A stretch of 64,000 nt of DNA. Origin: Phaeosaccion multiseriatum (taxonomy: Eukaryota; Protista; Ochrophyta, other classes). A program made the position numbers and the translations under genes. Below, one piece after another: positions 14,189-52,388 of the stretch. Each line of letters starts with the position of its first letter. Position 1 is the first letter of the stretch. The notes below the pieces were generated by a model that had not been told where the DNA came from, made no database searches, and saw only the letters and a program-made list of their open reading frames with translations. Location of the stretch: positions 1,612,001-1,676,000 of the forward strand of contig OZ218956.1 in assembly GCA_965112735.1 (NCBI GenBank), written 5' to 3'.

Positions 14189-14600
14189 ATGTGTGTGTGG
14201 GCGGGGGTAGTGGGCAGTGGAGTGCCCAGAGACTGACTAGCCCGATCTCTCATCGCCGTAATTTCCCACCGAAGCAAGTACACCTTACCTTCCCTCCTCC
14301 CTTGGGCCCCACCAGCCCAATGTGGTGGGGCGGCGCTGGGAGCATGCCCGCAGTCCTGAGCAGGGCCGTGATGAGCTCTCGGTGCATCACAAGCTCTTGG
14401 AAGGGCCATATGTTGCCGCCATCTGTCAAATTGCTGCTGCCCATACGACTGCTGCTACTGATGCTACTGCTGGTGGTACTGGTGGTGGTGGTGGTGGTGG
14501 TGCCCGTGGTGGGGGAGGGGGTGGGGGTGGGAGAGGTCGAGGCAGTCGAAGTTGGGCTCTGCTGTTGCCGTTCCTGCTCCTGTATCAACAACTGTTGATG

Positions 14601-14639
<39 letters not shown>

Positions 14640-17600
14640 GACGATGGGGATGTCCACAGCGACGGCGTGCTCCCCTTCGCCAAAGTGCACTGTTGCAGTC
14701 GCCACAGCAGCTGGTGATAAAACTCCCTCAGATGGTGTCGACAACAACGCTTCGCCACGTGCCTCGCCCCCCCCTTGGCTCTGCACCTCCACCCTCTGCA
14801 GCAGGTACTCACCTCTCCTCGTATTGGGTTGTGTTGCTGCTGTATCACCAACTGCTGATGGTCCTCCCTCCACCTCGCGGAGGAGCTTCTCAACGTCCTG
14901 CGAAGTGCCGCTGCCGCCTCCTTTGCCCGACGCATCGCTGCAAGGACATGGGAGGGGGAGCGGGAGAGGGGCTGAGGAAGGGGAGGGGGGCGTGCGAGGG
15001 AGGAAGGGAGGGACACACACACACGTACATGCACACACACGCACACACACACACATACACGCACCTGGCGACGCTCTGGAGGGGTGGATACACACCTCTC
15101 AGGGCCTCCCTCAGGGACATGTGAGGGAAAGCCTCCAGCACCCGAGCCACTCCTCCCAGCGCCCACTGCCCCTGTCCGTCCGGCGCCGCCATTTGTGAGA
15201 GTTGTACCATGTGGGAGAGGCGGGGGACGTCCACCCCGGGGGCGGCGTACTTAAGAGCCTGGAGCAGGTCCCCGGGGGGCAGGCTGCGGCAGATCCTCGC
15301 TTGGAATCGGCTGCGCAGAGGGGGGTCCAGGGGCATTCCTGCGAGGGGGTGGGAGGGGGAGGCGGGGAGGGAGGAGTATACAGCAACAGCAAAAGAAGTT
15401 GGGGCACCCAATTGAGTGAAACAGCACCAGGACACCCTCTCCCTCCCCCCTCCTCTCCCTCCCCCACTGCCTCATCACTCCCTATCTCGCTGTCTCTCGC
15501 ACCTTCGTACGGCGGAACGGGCGAGCCCAGAGCTATAACTGTGAAGTCCGGGTCGACGCGAACCATTCCCTGCGGGTTGGTTGGGCGAATAGTCCAAAGG
15601 TAGGAAGAAGGAAAGAAGACGCAAAGCAGGTCAATGGACCGTCGGTCAGGATGCAAGCATGCAAGCCGCCAAATCAGCCAAATGGAGGCAAAACAACAAC
15701 TGCAGTCGTAGTACAGTCCGTACACGCACGCACGCACGTACGCACCCGCACATGCACTTACGTACCCTGTCCGTAAGGGCCTGTATGGCGTCTGCCCTGG
15801 AGAGCGTCCCCTCCACTGCCACCCCCTCCTGTGGCCCCTCCTGCCGTAGGGCGTCGAAGGTGGAGGCCTGCAGCAGGAAGCGCCCGTCATCCAACTGGCC
15901 ATCATCCAAGTCAGAATTGGCACGCACAGGTAGGTAGGCAGGCAGGCAGGCGGGTAGGCAGGCAGGCAGGCGGGCAGGCAGGCAAGCAGGCAAACAGGCA
16001 CGCAGGCAAGCAGGCAAGCAGGCAAGCAGGCAAGCAGGCAAGCAGGCAAGCAGGCAAGCAAATTAGTTTGGGCAGCAATGCTATGGCAAACAATACATTC
16101 ACCATTGGCGGCGTCTGAGCTGTGGCAACTGAGGACAAATGAGGTTGAGGCTGATGATTGCGCGTGGGGGGGGGGGGGGGACAATAGTGACAATAGATGA
16201 GGCCCTGGCTTGCCCGAAAGAGTGCTGGGAAGGCCCAGCGAGGGGTAGAGAGAGAAAGAGGATGTGTAACGGGTGTGTGTGTGAGAGACAGAGAGAGAGA
16301 GAGTCGGTGTTGGGGTGGGAACTGAGTGGAGAACAATAAAGATCCCTCCCGGTGGTGGGGCTTTCGCACTCTGCCAAAGGATTTGCACTTGCCTGCATCT
16401 CTCGGTTTTGGAGAAGGTTGTTCAGAGTTGGGAGCACATTCCTTTCAGCCTGAGGCAGCGGTGCAGGGAGAGGCAGAGGCAGAGGCAGATACAGGGAGAG
16501 AGGCGGCGGAAGGGTTGGGAGGGGGAGGCTTTGGTAGTCAGAGTAGGTCCAGATCGGGTCAGGTTCTCAAGGCCAGGATTCGCCAGGATTAGGGTCAGGG
16601 TCAGGGCCAGGATATCTCGGTCCCTCGAGGGCATGCGCCAGGGGCTCAACGAAAGATGGAGCTGCCACGTGTCATCCTCCCTTTCCCCTCTCCATCCAAG
16701 ACCAACCGAAAGGCAAAGTACGAAGGCTCCACTCACGACTGGCTCACCTTTTCCAGATACTCCAACACTAGCACTCGGCCGTTGATCGCCGCTCGCACAG
16801 GAGCCTGCAGGAGGGAGACAGAGAGGGAGACCCTGTAAGTAGCAGACATATTTCTCCTACGTTCCAGTCTCTACATATTTTGTACAAGAGAGAGGGACGG
16901 CACACGACGCAAACACACAAACACACACACACACACACACACACACCCACGAGAGGTGCAGCTCGTACCTCAGTCGGGTGAGGGTGGGGGATAACTACGC
17001 ACGCACACACACACATACGCACCCTCGCACCCACCACCCACCTGGTCTGTGAAGGTGCTACATCCGTTCGTGACCTCCCTCCTCTGTTTGAGATCGGCCT
17101 CTGTGGTGTCGCCGCTCAGAGACAAGTATTCCACTTCCCGTCCCAGCAGCTCGCAGAACATGAGGCTCAGCCACCTGCGCAGGTGGTGCACCCGTAGAGT
17201 ATCAGGGGTGAGGGTGGAGGGAGGGGTGCGTTAGGAGCGGACCCCAACCTACCCGAGAAGACTCTACTCAGTACCTTCGCTGCGGGCCTGGTGCTCCAAG
17301 TAAGCACATGTCCTGACCGAGGGCGGCCTTCTGCATCATCCATTGCAAGTGCCGTAGAGTGTCAGTAGGCAGCACATCAAGGTCTGGGGGAAGATATCCA
17401 GATGGCACGAGAGCTGGGTGTCCGTCGGTCCTCGCCTTGAGCTGCGGAAGCAGCAGCAAGTACAGCGGACGGTGCCACGAGGAGGACGAAAGTGCGGGGG
17501 GAGCAAGGGTGATATACAAGTGGAGGTTGCAACATGTTATTGAGAAGCAGCACGTAAACCTGCCGAAAGACAGTCCCTTCCTCCCTTTCTCATCTTCTCC

Positions 17601-17823
17601 CTCTCCTCTCTCTATCTGTCACCTGGACACCTCCGATGGATACAACCCGCGCCCGCCCCCGTCCTGGAGCTCCTTCTCGCCCCCCCTGAGGAGAGGAAGT
17701 CCCTCTCCCATCCCTGGCGCCGCCGCCACTGCTACAGCGAAGAATATTTCGGAAGGAGCCCCTTCGGAGACGAAGGGAGGGCTTCCCAACCCTACGGCGT
17801 GACGCGGCAATGAGACCAAGCAT
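2711..17823 (-). CDS. VWA8: von Willebrand factor A domain-containing protein 8 (mitochondrial MoxR-like AAA+ ATPase with C-terminal VWA), multi-exon
   Basis: Arg-rich N-terminal presequence ([21 protein letters not shown]). Motifs [144 protein letters not shown], and [22 protein letters not shown]. Stop at 2711-2713. Exon phases around 6.2-7.9 kb are less certain. Confidence 0.95.
8664..8816. repeat. (CATA)n microsatellite in a VWA8 intron
   Basis: Visible tandem repeat. Confidence 0.95.
9868..10190. repeat. (GGGA)n microsatellite in a VWA8 intron
   Basis: Visible tandem repeat. Confidence 0.95.
11130..11580. repeat. (GGTG/GGAT)n microsatellite in a VWA8 intron
   Basis: Visible degenerate tandem repeat. 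Confidence 0.95.
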
Positions 17824-18198
17824 GGTCCTCCTCCTATTCTGTCCGACGACAAATCATCTCACCATTATGAGAGGGACTGGGAGAGAAAGGGAGGAGTAGA
17901 AAGGGACGAAAGAAGAGAGGGAAAATCATCAACATCTGTGACTTTCGTTGACAAGCGAAAAATTACCAACTGGCCCACCCCCGAATACCCACCCCCCCCT
18001 CTTCGACCTCTTTCTCTATAGATACAAAGCTTCCCCTCTTTCCAGATATGCTCTCGAAGACGTCGCTCTCTCCAAGTCCCTTCCTTCTTCTCCGATCCTT
18101 CTCCTCCGCTTTGGATGCTTAGCTGTAGTACTTTTGTGGCCTGCCTCATCGGCCTCCCCACCTATTTCTCCTTGTCTGTGTCTTGCGTCAGTAGAAAG
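17824..18198. promoter_or_regulatory. Putative bidirectional promoter (VWA8 / GNAT)
   Basis: 375 bp between divergent ATGs; positional inference only. Confidence 0.55.
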
Positions 18199-19422
18199 AT
18201 GGGCAAGGGCACATCGTTGCCATCTCCCAAGCCTCTGCAGCCTCTGCTCCGGGACTACTGTCACGCGACTGACTTCGCCTCTATCGTGGACATCTGTAAG
18301 GACGTTTACGGAGGCAGTGACTATCTACCTCATGCGGCAAAGGACCTCAGCGAGAGAGAGGACGGAGTGTTCCTGGCATTTGAGAGAAAGCCGGATTCCA
18401 CCACCACTGGCTCTTCGCCCCCTCTCTCAGGGTCGCCCCACTCTAAGGACGACGGGGGAGATGATGGCGTCGTCGTAGACTGTGTCGGCAACCTCAGGTG
18501 CTTAGGGGCGCGGCGCAGCTTTATAGAGGCCATTCGGACTCGGGAGAGCAAGAGGGGGCGAGGGCTGGCTACACAAATGACTGCAGCCCTGGTGCAAGCG
18601 TCGGCCGACAGGGGTGACGACATGGTTATCTCAGTGACTGTTGAGGAAAATGTGGGCATGCAGACGATTTTCCAGCGTGTGGGTATGGGCAGAGCCGGAG
18701 AGCTGTATGGGCCGAACTTTGAGCTTCTCAAGAGTATATACGGGGTAGACAGCAGAACGGAGGGGGGTGAGGGGGGCCAAGACGACACCTCGTCAGAGTC
18801 GATGCTGCAGGCCGTGGGCATTGAGCGGCTTGATCAACAAGAGGAAGCAGAAACCTTGTCCCAGAATTTCCGGAGACTCGATCACATAGGGCAAGTGCAG
18901 AGGGTAGCGAACAAGCTCGGGGCTGTCTCTATACCGAGACAACAACCCCCCACTGGCGACAGGAGCGGCAGTAGCTGCGGCGACCGGGGGGAGGAGGAGG
19001 AGGAGGAGGAGGAGGAGGAGGAGTTGGTGGTACTCGTGCCTGCCTTCTACTCGGTGCTCTCAGAGGAGAAGCTGCAGAGAGCTGCACAAGAGGGGCAGTG
19101 TCACTCACTGGAGTTAAGCAGCGACAAAACCAAAGACCGCACCGCAGGAGGGGGGGAGGAGGAGGGGCACCACGAAGCTCTGATCGTGTTCACTCACGAA
19201 GAGCTCATCCTCTCTCTGCGCTCCAACGTGGTGTGCAGCATCATGGCGTCCTCTTCGCTGGCCCTGCAAGCAGCCCTGCTGAAGGCGTGCTCTCTGCACA
19301 AACGCTTCGTCTACGTCGTCGCCCCTTGTGGAGTGCCCAGCGACTGCCCGACTCTGCAGGCCTTGCCGACGGAGCCAAACCGACCCCTCGTCTACTACCG
19401 GCGGCACCCACCTTTGCTATGA
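18199..19422 (+). CDS. GNAT-family acetyltransferase (NAT16/histidine N-acetyltransferase-like), intronless
   Basis: Uninterrupted ORF from ATG 18199. DFASIVDICKDVYGGSDYLP resembles the NAT16-type N-terminus; motif A IEAIRTRESKRGRGLA; motif B NVGMQTIFQRVGM. Confidence 0.85.
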   Translation: MGKGTSLPSPKPLQPLLRDYCHATDFASIVDICKDVYGGSDYLPHAAKDLSEREDGVFLAFERKPDSTTTGSSPPLSGSPHSKDDGGDDGVVVDCVGNLRCLGARRSFIEAIRTRESKRGRGLATQMTAALVQASADRGDDMVISVTVEENVGMQTIFQRVGMGRAGELYGPNFELLKSIYGVDSRTEGGEGGQDDTSSESMLQAVGIERLDQQEEAETLSQNFRRLDHIGQVQRVANKLGAVSIPRQQPPTGDRSGSSCGDRGEEEEEEEEEEELVVLVPAFYSVLSEEKLQRAAQEGQCHSLELSSDKTKDRTAGGGEEEGHHEALIVFTHEELILSLRSNVVCSIMASSSLALQAALLKACSLHKRFVYVVAPCGVPSDCPTLQALPTEPNRPLVYYRRHPPLL

Positions 19423-19709
19423 TATGCGAACTCAGGGCAGGGCTTTCGCCATTGGCGTATCTTAGCGTACCTAGTAGACGTCTGGCCAAGTCGCTTCGAA
19501 GATCCGGCCCACCACAGCAGTGCAGCGTACACAAAGGAAGATGGATCAGTGGGCGTGAATGCGGCGCAAGAGTAGCTCTACTGTCAAGCTAATGAATCTC
19601 CGTCCCTGATGTACCTCGGCAGGTGTTACATTGAGGTGTTCGAAGGTGTGGGAGTCTCGTCCAAACCCAGCGTTAAGGCGGGCTCTTCTCTGTGCGTGTG
19701 CGTATGTGT

Positions 19710-19810
<101 letters not shown>

Positions 19811-20028
19811 CGCAAGGAGACAATGAGCGAGAGTGAGGGCACATACGTACAAAAGGAGCCAGTGCGATGCTATTTTTTTTTGTAAGCCACAACTAACTAC
19901 AGGGACGGTTACAGAACCGGTACTGTTCGGACGGTTACAGATCCAATAAAGAACCCGTTCACCCTCCTTCTTTTTCACTCTTGACTTGCTTGTCTTCCAG
20001 TTCCCAAACCACGCCCTTTGGTACATAA

Positions 20029-33623
<13,595 letters not shown>

Positions 33624-33711
33624 TTGCTCAAAGCAAGCTGCGGGAGGGAGAGGGATAGAGAGAGGCGTGCAGGCAGAGGGAACGTTACTGTTCTGGAGTT
33701 GGGTGGATAGT

Positions 33712-33788
33712 CGACCCCTAACGCACTATCGCCCACATTCTCTAGCGCGCTATCCGATAGCGGATAGCGGATAGTGCATCAGGGGTTG
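33712..33788. mobile_element. Small foldback element (internally deleted version of 48324-48433)
   Basis: Imperfect 19-bp inverted termini cgacccctaacgcactatc / gatagtgcatcaggggttg; internal GATAGCG repeats. Confidence 0.5.
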
Positions 33789-33817
33789 AGGATAGGTAAG
33801 GTAGCAGTGGAATAGAA

Positions 33818-34280
33818 AGACGGTTCTCGTACGTCGGCGTGGAGGAGGGGGGAGGAGCAATCAGCCGGCACCACTCCAGCAAGCCAAAACTGGCCAGAAG
33901 GGCTAATAGTGGTCGAGAGTGAAGCCCCGGCCGGGAGCACCAGGGGGAGGAGCTGCTATGACGAGCGAGAGGCCTCCTTCGATAGCAGCGACGAGACGAT
34001 GGACAACGCGGAGAGCTTCTTCAAAAAAACTGCATATATACTCTATATATAATTATATATAAATTATACATATATAAGAGTTTATAATTTTCTACAAATT
34101 TATATGTATTATATGTTATAAATAACAGGACGAGACGATGTATGAGAGAGAGAGAGAGAGAGAGAGTTTTTTTTTGTTTTTTACGACGCGGAGAGCTTGT
34201 TCGAAACCACTGTTCTGAAGGAGCAGTCTCCAGCCGCTGAAGTGAGCGCGGTCGATACGGAAGTGACAGCAGGATTATGA
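33818..34280 (+). pseudogene. Degenerate second copy of part of the terminal exon (unit A)
   Basis: Aligns to 33222-33450 ([24 protein letters not shown]...gagcgagaggcctccttcga); contains stops and an AT-rich insert. Confidence 0.7.
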
Positions 34281-34441
34281 GGGGGTCGCGGAGGATCCCA
34301 TCAAACAACTGCGCAGGAAGCTACTCTGGGGAGGACCCGTGCGGCTTGTGAGGAGCTGACGTGCCGGCAGACAGAGGAAGGCCACTGCAAAGGCAAGGCA
34401 TCTCTCATGAAGGAATGGAGGCCATGCTCTTTTTTTTTGTA

Positions 34442-34843
34442 CTGTGAGTTCGCGGTTGAGTGGCACTTTTGACGCCCAATTACGCCCCATTAATTTTTTT
34501 TTACGCCAAATGACGATTTTTTTGACGCGACGTTTGACGACGTTTGACGACGCTTTAGCCCCCTATTTGACGCCCTTTGACGCCCTTTGACGCCCTTTGA
34601 CGCACTTTGACGCCCTTTTATCTTAATTCGCCTTAATTTCGTCTAAAAAAAATCACGTAAAAAAAAATCACGAATAGGGCGTCAAAGGGCGTCAAAGAGC
34701 GTCAAAAGGCGTCAAAGGGCGTCAAATAGGGGGCTACAATAAAGCGTCGTCAAACGTCGTCAAACGTCGTCAAAAAAATCGTCATTTGGCGTAAAAAAAA
34801 ATTAATGGGGCGTCAAAAGTGCCACTAAACCGCGAAATCACAG
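34442..34843. mobile_element. 402-bp MITE with TA target duplication (Tc1/mariner-type target)
   Basis: Long imperfect inverted arms CTGTGA(G/T)TTCGCGGTT(G/T)AGTGGCACTTTTGACGCCC with tandem TTTGACGCCC subterminal motifs. Flanked by TA at 34440-41 and 34844-45. The empty site ttttgTAagccacaac is present at 19883-84. Confidence 0.92.
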
Positions 34844-34984
34844 TAAGCCACAACTACAGGGACGGTTACAGAATCGGCCATTCTTTGGACGGTTACGATA
34901 TCCGGTTACAATTTCCTCCCCCCCCCTTTTCACTCTTGACTTGCTTTGTCTTCCCGTTCCCAAACCACGCCCTTTGGTACATAA

Positions 34985-48235
<13,251 letters not shown>

Positions 48236-48323
48236 TTGCTCAAAGCAAGCTGCGGGAGGGAGAGGGATAGAGAGAGGCGTGCAGGCAGAGGGGACGTTAC
48301 TGTTCTGGAGTTGGGTGGATAGT

Positions 48324-48433
48324 CGACCCCTGACGCACTATCGCCCACATTCTCGATAGCGCGCTATCCGATAGCGGATAGCGGATCGGCTGGCGCCGGC
48401 GATAGCGGATAGCGGATAGTGCATCAGGGGTTG
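48324..48433. mobile_element. 110-bp foldback/MITE-like element
   Basis: 19-bp inverted termini C(G/A)ACCCCTGA(C/T)GCACTATC, internal GATAGCG repeats, flanks tggatagt/aggatagg (6/8 match). Confidence 0.55.
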
Positions 48434-48462
48434 AGGATAGGTAAGGTAGCAGTGGAATAGAA

Positions 48463-48892
48463 AGACGGTTCTCGTACGTCGGCGTGGAGGAGGGGGGAGG
48501 AGCAATCAGCCGGCACCACTCCAGGAAGCCAAAACCGGCCAGAAGGGCAAAAAGTGGTCGAGAGTGAAGCCCCGGCCGGGATCACCAGGGGGAGGAGCTG
48601 CTATGACGAGCGAGAGGCCTCCTTCGATAGCAGCGACGAGACGATGGACAACGCGGAGAGCTTGTTCAAAACCACTGCATATAACTCTATATATATATAT
48701 AGAGTTTATACAAAAGAAAAATAAAGAAGAAAAAAAATGTTATAAATAACAGGACGAGACGATGTATGAGAGAGAGAGAGAGATTCTTTTGTTTTTTACG
48801 ACGCGGAGAGCTTGTTCGAAACCACTGTTCTGAAGGAGCAGTCTCCAGCCGCTGAAGTGAGGGCGGTCGATACGGAAGTGATAGGATTATGA
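48463..48892 (+). pseudogene. Degenerate second copy of part of the terminal exon (unit B)
   Basis: Translates RGRSCYDEREASFDSSDETMDNAESLFETTVLKEQSP versus RGRSRGGEREASFDEETSDEDVEGLFNATVLHQRSP in the real last exon. Confidence 0.7.
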
Positions 48893-49162
48893 GGGGTCGC
48901 CTTCGCGGAGGATCCCATCAAACAACTGCGCAGGAAGCTACTCTGGGGAGGACCCGTGCGGCTTGTGAGAAGCTGACGTGCCGGCAGACAGAGGAAGGCC
49001 ACTGCAAAGGCAAGGCACCTCTCATGAAGGAATGGAGGCCATGTGCTGTGCGGCTGTGCTGGGTTCATCTCAAGCTGCTCGTCAGCTGCTCCTCCTAGTC
49101 TGCTGTTCCCTCTCGTCCTGTCCCCACAGCTCCAACGACGGACCTGCCTCCTCCACTTGCCG

Positions 49163-49791
49163 TTACAGCCTCTCGTCCCCGTCACCCTCAATAATGTCCT
49201 CGTTGCGCCGCTCCGCAGCCAGAGACGCGTTCGTGACAAATTTGGCAACTGCCTTGAGATGGGCGGTAGCGGCTCTCTTGGCGAACAGACTCGCGGTGAT
49301 GTCGGCCACCTGCCAGTGACATCAACAAGAATACACGAGAATAAAAACGGGGAGAGACAAGTGGCAACATCAGCCAAAAAAAGGTTCCTACACATCACGT
49401 GTGTGGCGGACAGGGTCGGTGAAGGCGCGTTTGGTTCGGGTGGACGGGCACAGAGACCCCTGATTATATCTCTACCTCTCAAAATGCGAGTAAGCGATCG
49501 CTTGTCAAGAGTAGAGCAGAATGGATGAATAAATGGATGCTGTCTATGACATAGACAGAGCCTGGGGTTTGTCGCTGTCGTGGAGTACTCCGGTTGGCCT
49601 CAGAGAGCACACACACACACGCACGCACGCACACGCGCGCGCTTACGCACACGCACAAACACGCACAAACACGCACACACGCGCACACGCACGCACACAC
49701 ACACATACACACACGCACACACACTCACACACACACGCATATGCACACACACTCCCACACACTCGCACACGCACACATACATGCATACGCA

Positions 49792-49822
<31 letters not shown>

Positions 49823-51603
49823 GCGCGCACGTTCTATAGACCAACGCAGCGCAACGCACCTCGCCCTCTGATAAGTGTTTCCGCAACATCGGCGGAAGCG
49901 CAACGGTGTGAGCGACTTTGGCATAGAAGCCGTCCTCCAGCCACACCTTGACGAGCTTGCCTTGAGACTTGAGGAGTCTACAGTGATTGCGCACTCGGTA
50001 GCGATCACCCTGCGTGTGTGTTTGTGTGTGTGAGAGAGAGCGAGTGTGCGTGCGTACGTTTGCGTGTGTTTCGGTTCTGTTGGTGGGAGAGAGGTCAGCG
50101 CCAATAAAACACGACAAGTACGTACGGGCGGGGTGTAGAAGCAGAGTGCGACCAGAGAGAGAGAGAGAAAGTGCGCAAGCAAAACGTTCCTCACACTTGG
50201 GACTTGGGGGAAAGAAAGGCGCCCCCAATACCCCAATACCCCCCTATACGTACGCTATACGCCCACAGATCGATGGCTGAGATTGGGCATGGACAGACCC
50301 TTACCCTTCCGCCCGGGGGGGGGGGGTTGGGGTCGGAGACAAAGATGGCATTCTATGTAGTTTTGGCGTGTGGCGCTTTCCGATCCACAGAACGCCGATA
50401 GCCACACTTCGTAGCACCATACGAGGGTTGACGCACGTCTCAGGCCAGTCTGACCTCTCTGTATCTGCACTGCTCCAGCGAGGGACTCTCTCCAACGAAC
50501 GGTCATTCGCCACTGCACTGCCCTCATCAGATCAGACCATGATGTACTTTGTAAAAATACACAAATAAAGAGGCGAGTGATCACAGGGCTCTACTTCGCG
50601 CGCAACGAAGACGCACGTGAGGTACTGTGACTTGCTTCTCGTCTCTCCTGTATGCCCCCCATAAGCACTCATAAGCATTCCTCTCATATGTTTCTCTCTC
50701 TCATTGCCCCCTCAGAAGAGCGCCTCACCCCTGTACACCCGTACGTGCCCCTTACGTAACGAACCCCTTTCTCACTCACCTGGAACTCGTTGGTCGGGTC
50801 CTGTCGCAATATCTCAACCATGTTGGGCCAAATGACGTTCCTCTCGTACTCCAACGCGCAAGGTATCCACTCCTTTACCTGCAGGCAGTGAGTGGCGTTG
50901 TCATGGAAAGGGCCAATCCAACGCAGGGAGGCGAAGGAACAGTACACAGGGGCAGAGGGAGGTGGTTGGTGAGCAAGGAGCGGCAAATGGGTGGGGAGGG
51001 AAGCTCGCGCATCACTAGCCTCGCCCCCACTTTTCTCTCGGGACCTTCCGTCATTATCCTTTGTCCTTTTCGGTCCTCTTATCACTCACGCACTCACTCC
51101 CTCACTCAAGAACTCAACCTCCAACTCAAACGTAAACGCAAACTGCTTCTGCCTCTGGGTACATGTGTCTGTGTAACTCTCTGGCATACTCACTCTCTTC
51201 TCCTGCCACCCCTTGAGCGCAAACTGCAGCTTGTCCGGGTCGATGCCGTTCTGCAGCCCGATGAGGGCCCTCATACTCTGCGTGTCCATGTCCTCTGGAT
51301 TCCGCTGGGAGGTGCCGAGGATAGCCTTGCTGTGTAACACTTGCTCGTGCTGCTTCCACTCTCGCTGCAGCTTCAGTCTCCAAGCCACTTTGCACTCCGC
51401 CCTACACGCACGCGCGGGAGCGATTCATTCAGTCATCGAGAGAAATGGACATTCCAGTCATCGAGAGAAATGGAGGCAAAAGAGGGAGGAAAAGGCTTGT
51501 ACGGACCAGCGCGGCGAGCTCCGTCGGCTCCCCCCCTCTCTATCTCTATCCACTGATCTATCTATCCATCTATCTATCTATCTATCTATCTATCATATAT
51601 CTG

Positions 51604-51638
<35 letters not shown>

Positions 51639-52334
51639 GTCTATCTATCTATCTATCTATCTGTCTATCTATCTATCTATCTATCTGTCTATCTATCTAT
51701 CTACCTATCTCTCTGTCTATCTGTCTCTCTGTGTGTCTTTATCAGTCCTTGTCTCTCATGCATCGTTCCCACCGCGAACCAACCGTCGAGCACACACACA
51801 CGCACCCACGCTCACCCACACTCACGCGCACACACTCAAATAAACACACATACGCACCTCGACCTCCAGTGCTGCTGTACGACCCTACAGGCCCACCGTA
51901 GCCGAGTCACGAAGCGCTTTAGCACGCTCTCTTGGCGGAGGCCGCTGAGCCATCCAATGAGAACGGTCGATGCTCGGTATTTGGCGCGAATGCTTCGAGC
52001 TGCCGTTCCGCAGTGTGGGGAGAGACGCACACGGGGGTCAAGGCGAGCGTCAGGGTCAGGGTCGGGGGCAGAGTCATGGGCAGGGTCAGGGTCAGGGTCA
52101 GGGTCAGAGTAGGGTCAGGGTCAGGATCAGGGTCAGGATCAAGGTCAGGGTCAGGGTCAGGGCCAGGGCCAGGGTCAGGGTCAGGGTCAGGGTCAGGGTC
52201 GGGGCAGGGTCAGGGTCAGGGTCAGGGTAAGGGCCTGATTATATGTAGGGGTAGGTACGAGGCAGCGCATGAAGAAGCTGCGACGGTTCGACGAAGTGGG
52301 CAAGGGGCGAGCGAGAGAGACGCAGGGACAGAGG

Positions 52335-52388
<54 letters not shown>

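Noticed and set aside
48796-49528. 228-aa (-) and 161-aa (+) ORFs as separate genes
   Set aside because: They are off-frame or antisense to the better-supported terminal exon 49309-49163 and have no recognisable motifs.
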